Origin: Pristiophorus japonicus | Lineage: Eukaryota | Length of the DNA stretch: 64,000 bases | NCBI RefSeq assembly: GCF_044704955.1 | Contig: NC_091977.1 | Location: 430,838,001 to 430,902,000 of the forward strand | Reading direction: 5' to 3' | Part shown: piece by piece, positions 63,901 to 64,000 of the stretch | How positions within the stretch are numbered: the first letter of the stretch is position 1 | Layout: each line of letters begins with the position of its first letter | Notes under the pieces: model-generated | What the model saw: only the letters and a program-made list of their open reading frames with translations | The model's database searches: none | What the model was told of the DNA's origin: nothing | Position numbers and translations under genes: made by a program

Positions 63901-64000
63901 CATCACTGCCCGGCAGATCAAAACCTGGACTAGCCAGGACCCCTTATTATCGCTAGTCAAAAGCTGTGAGCTTCACGGGAGCCGGTCCAGTGTCCCAGTG
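60952..64000 (+). mobile_element. Second Mag-like Gypsy element (5' LTR 60952-61164, PBS 61167-61176, disrupted gag-pol from 61198), runs off the window
   Basis: TGTTAT..ATAACA LTR with AATAAA, TGGCGACGAG PBS, CWRC..H..C knuckles, LDTGGS, VFQDDI, ACDAS, IEKEALA. Confidence 0.95.

Noticed and set aside
42317-64000. Further NOL4 exons (C-terminal QLSPTEI...LILQQN region)
   Set aside because: Not found by reading; presumably beyond the window.

Overview
This is vertebrate genomic DNA, most likely from a cartilaginous fish (shark-type CR1, L2, Penelope and DeuSINE repeat landscape; species not determinable from the window). The only host gene is a NOL4/NOL4L-family gene on the + strand, with three phase-0 GT-AG coding exons (4402-4581, 32335-32526, 42194-42316). 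Its introns are packed with nested transposons: many CR1 LINEs, L2, RTE, Penelope, SINEs, two Mag-clade Gypsy LTR elements plus solo LTRs, and a Tigger-like MITE. There are also three decayed two-gene PIF/Harbinger elements (DDE transposase convergent with a three-exon Myb/SANT-coiled-coil gene) and a set of probable Harbinger-derived MITEs. The most striking anomaly is a CR1 copy at 6768-7091. It carries about 40 A-to-G changes with an ADAR-like neighbour preference and an unedited 3' tail, so it looks like a hyper-edited RNA that was reverse-transcribed and fixed in the germline. All alignments and counts were done by eye. Repeat boundaries without a stated TSD or TIR are approximate.
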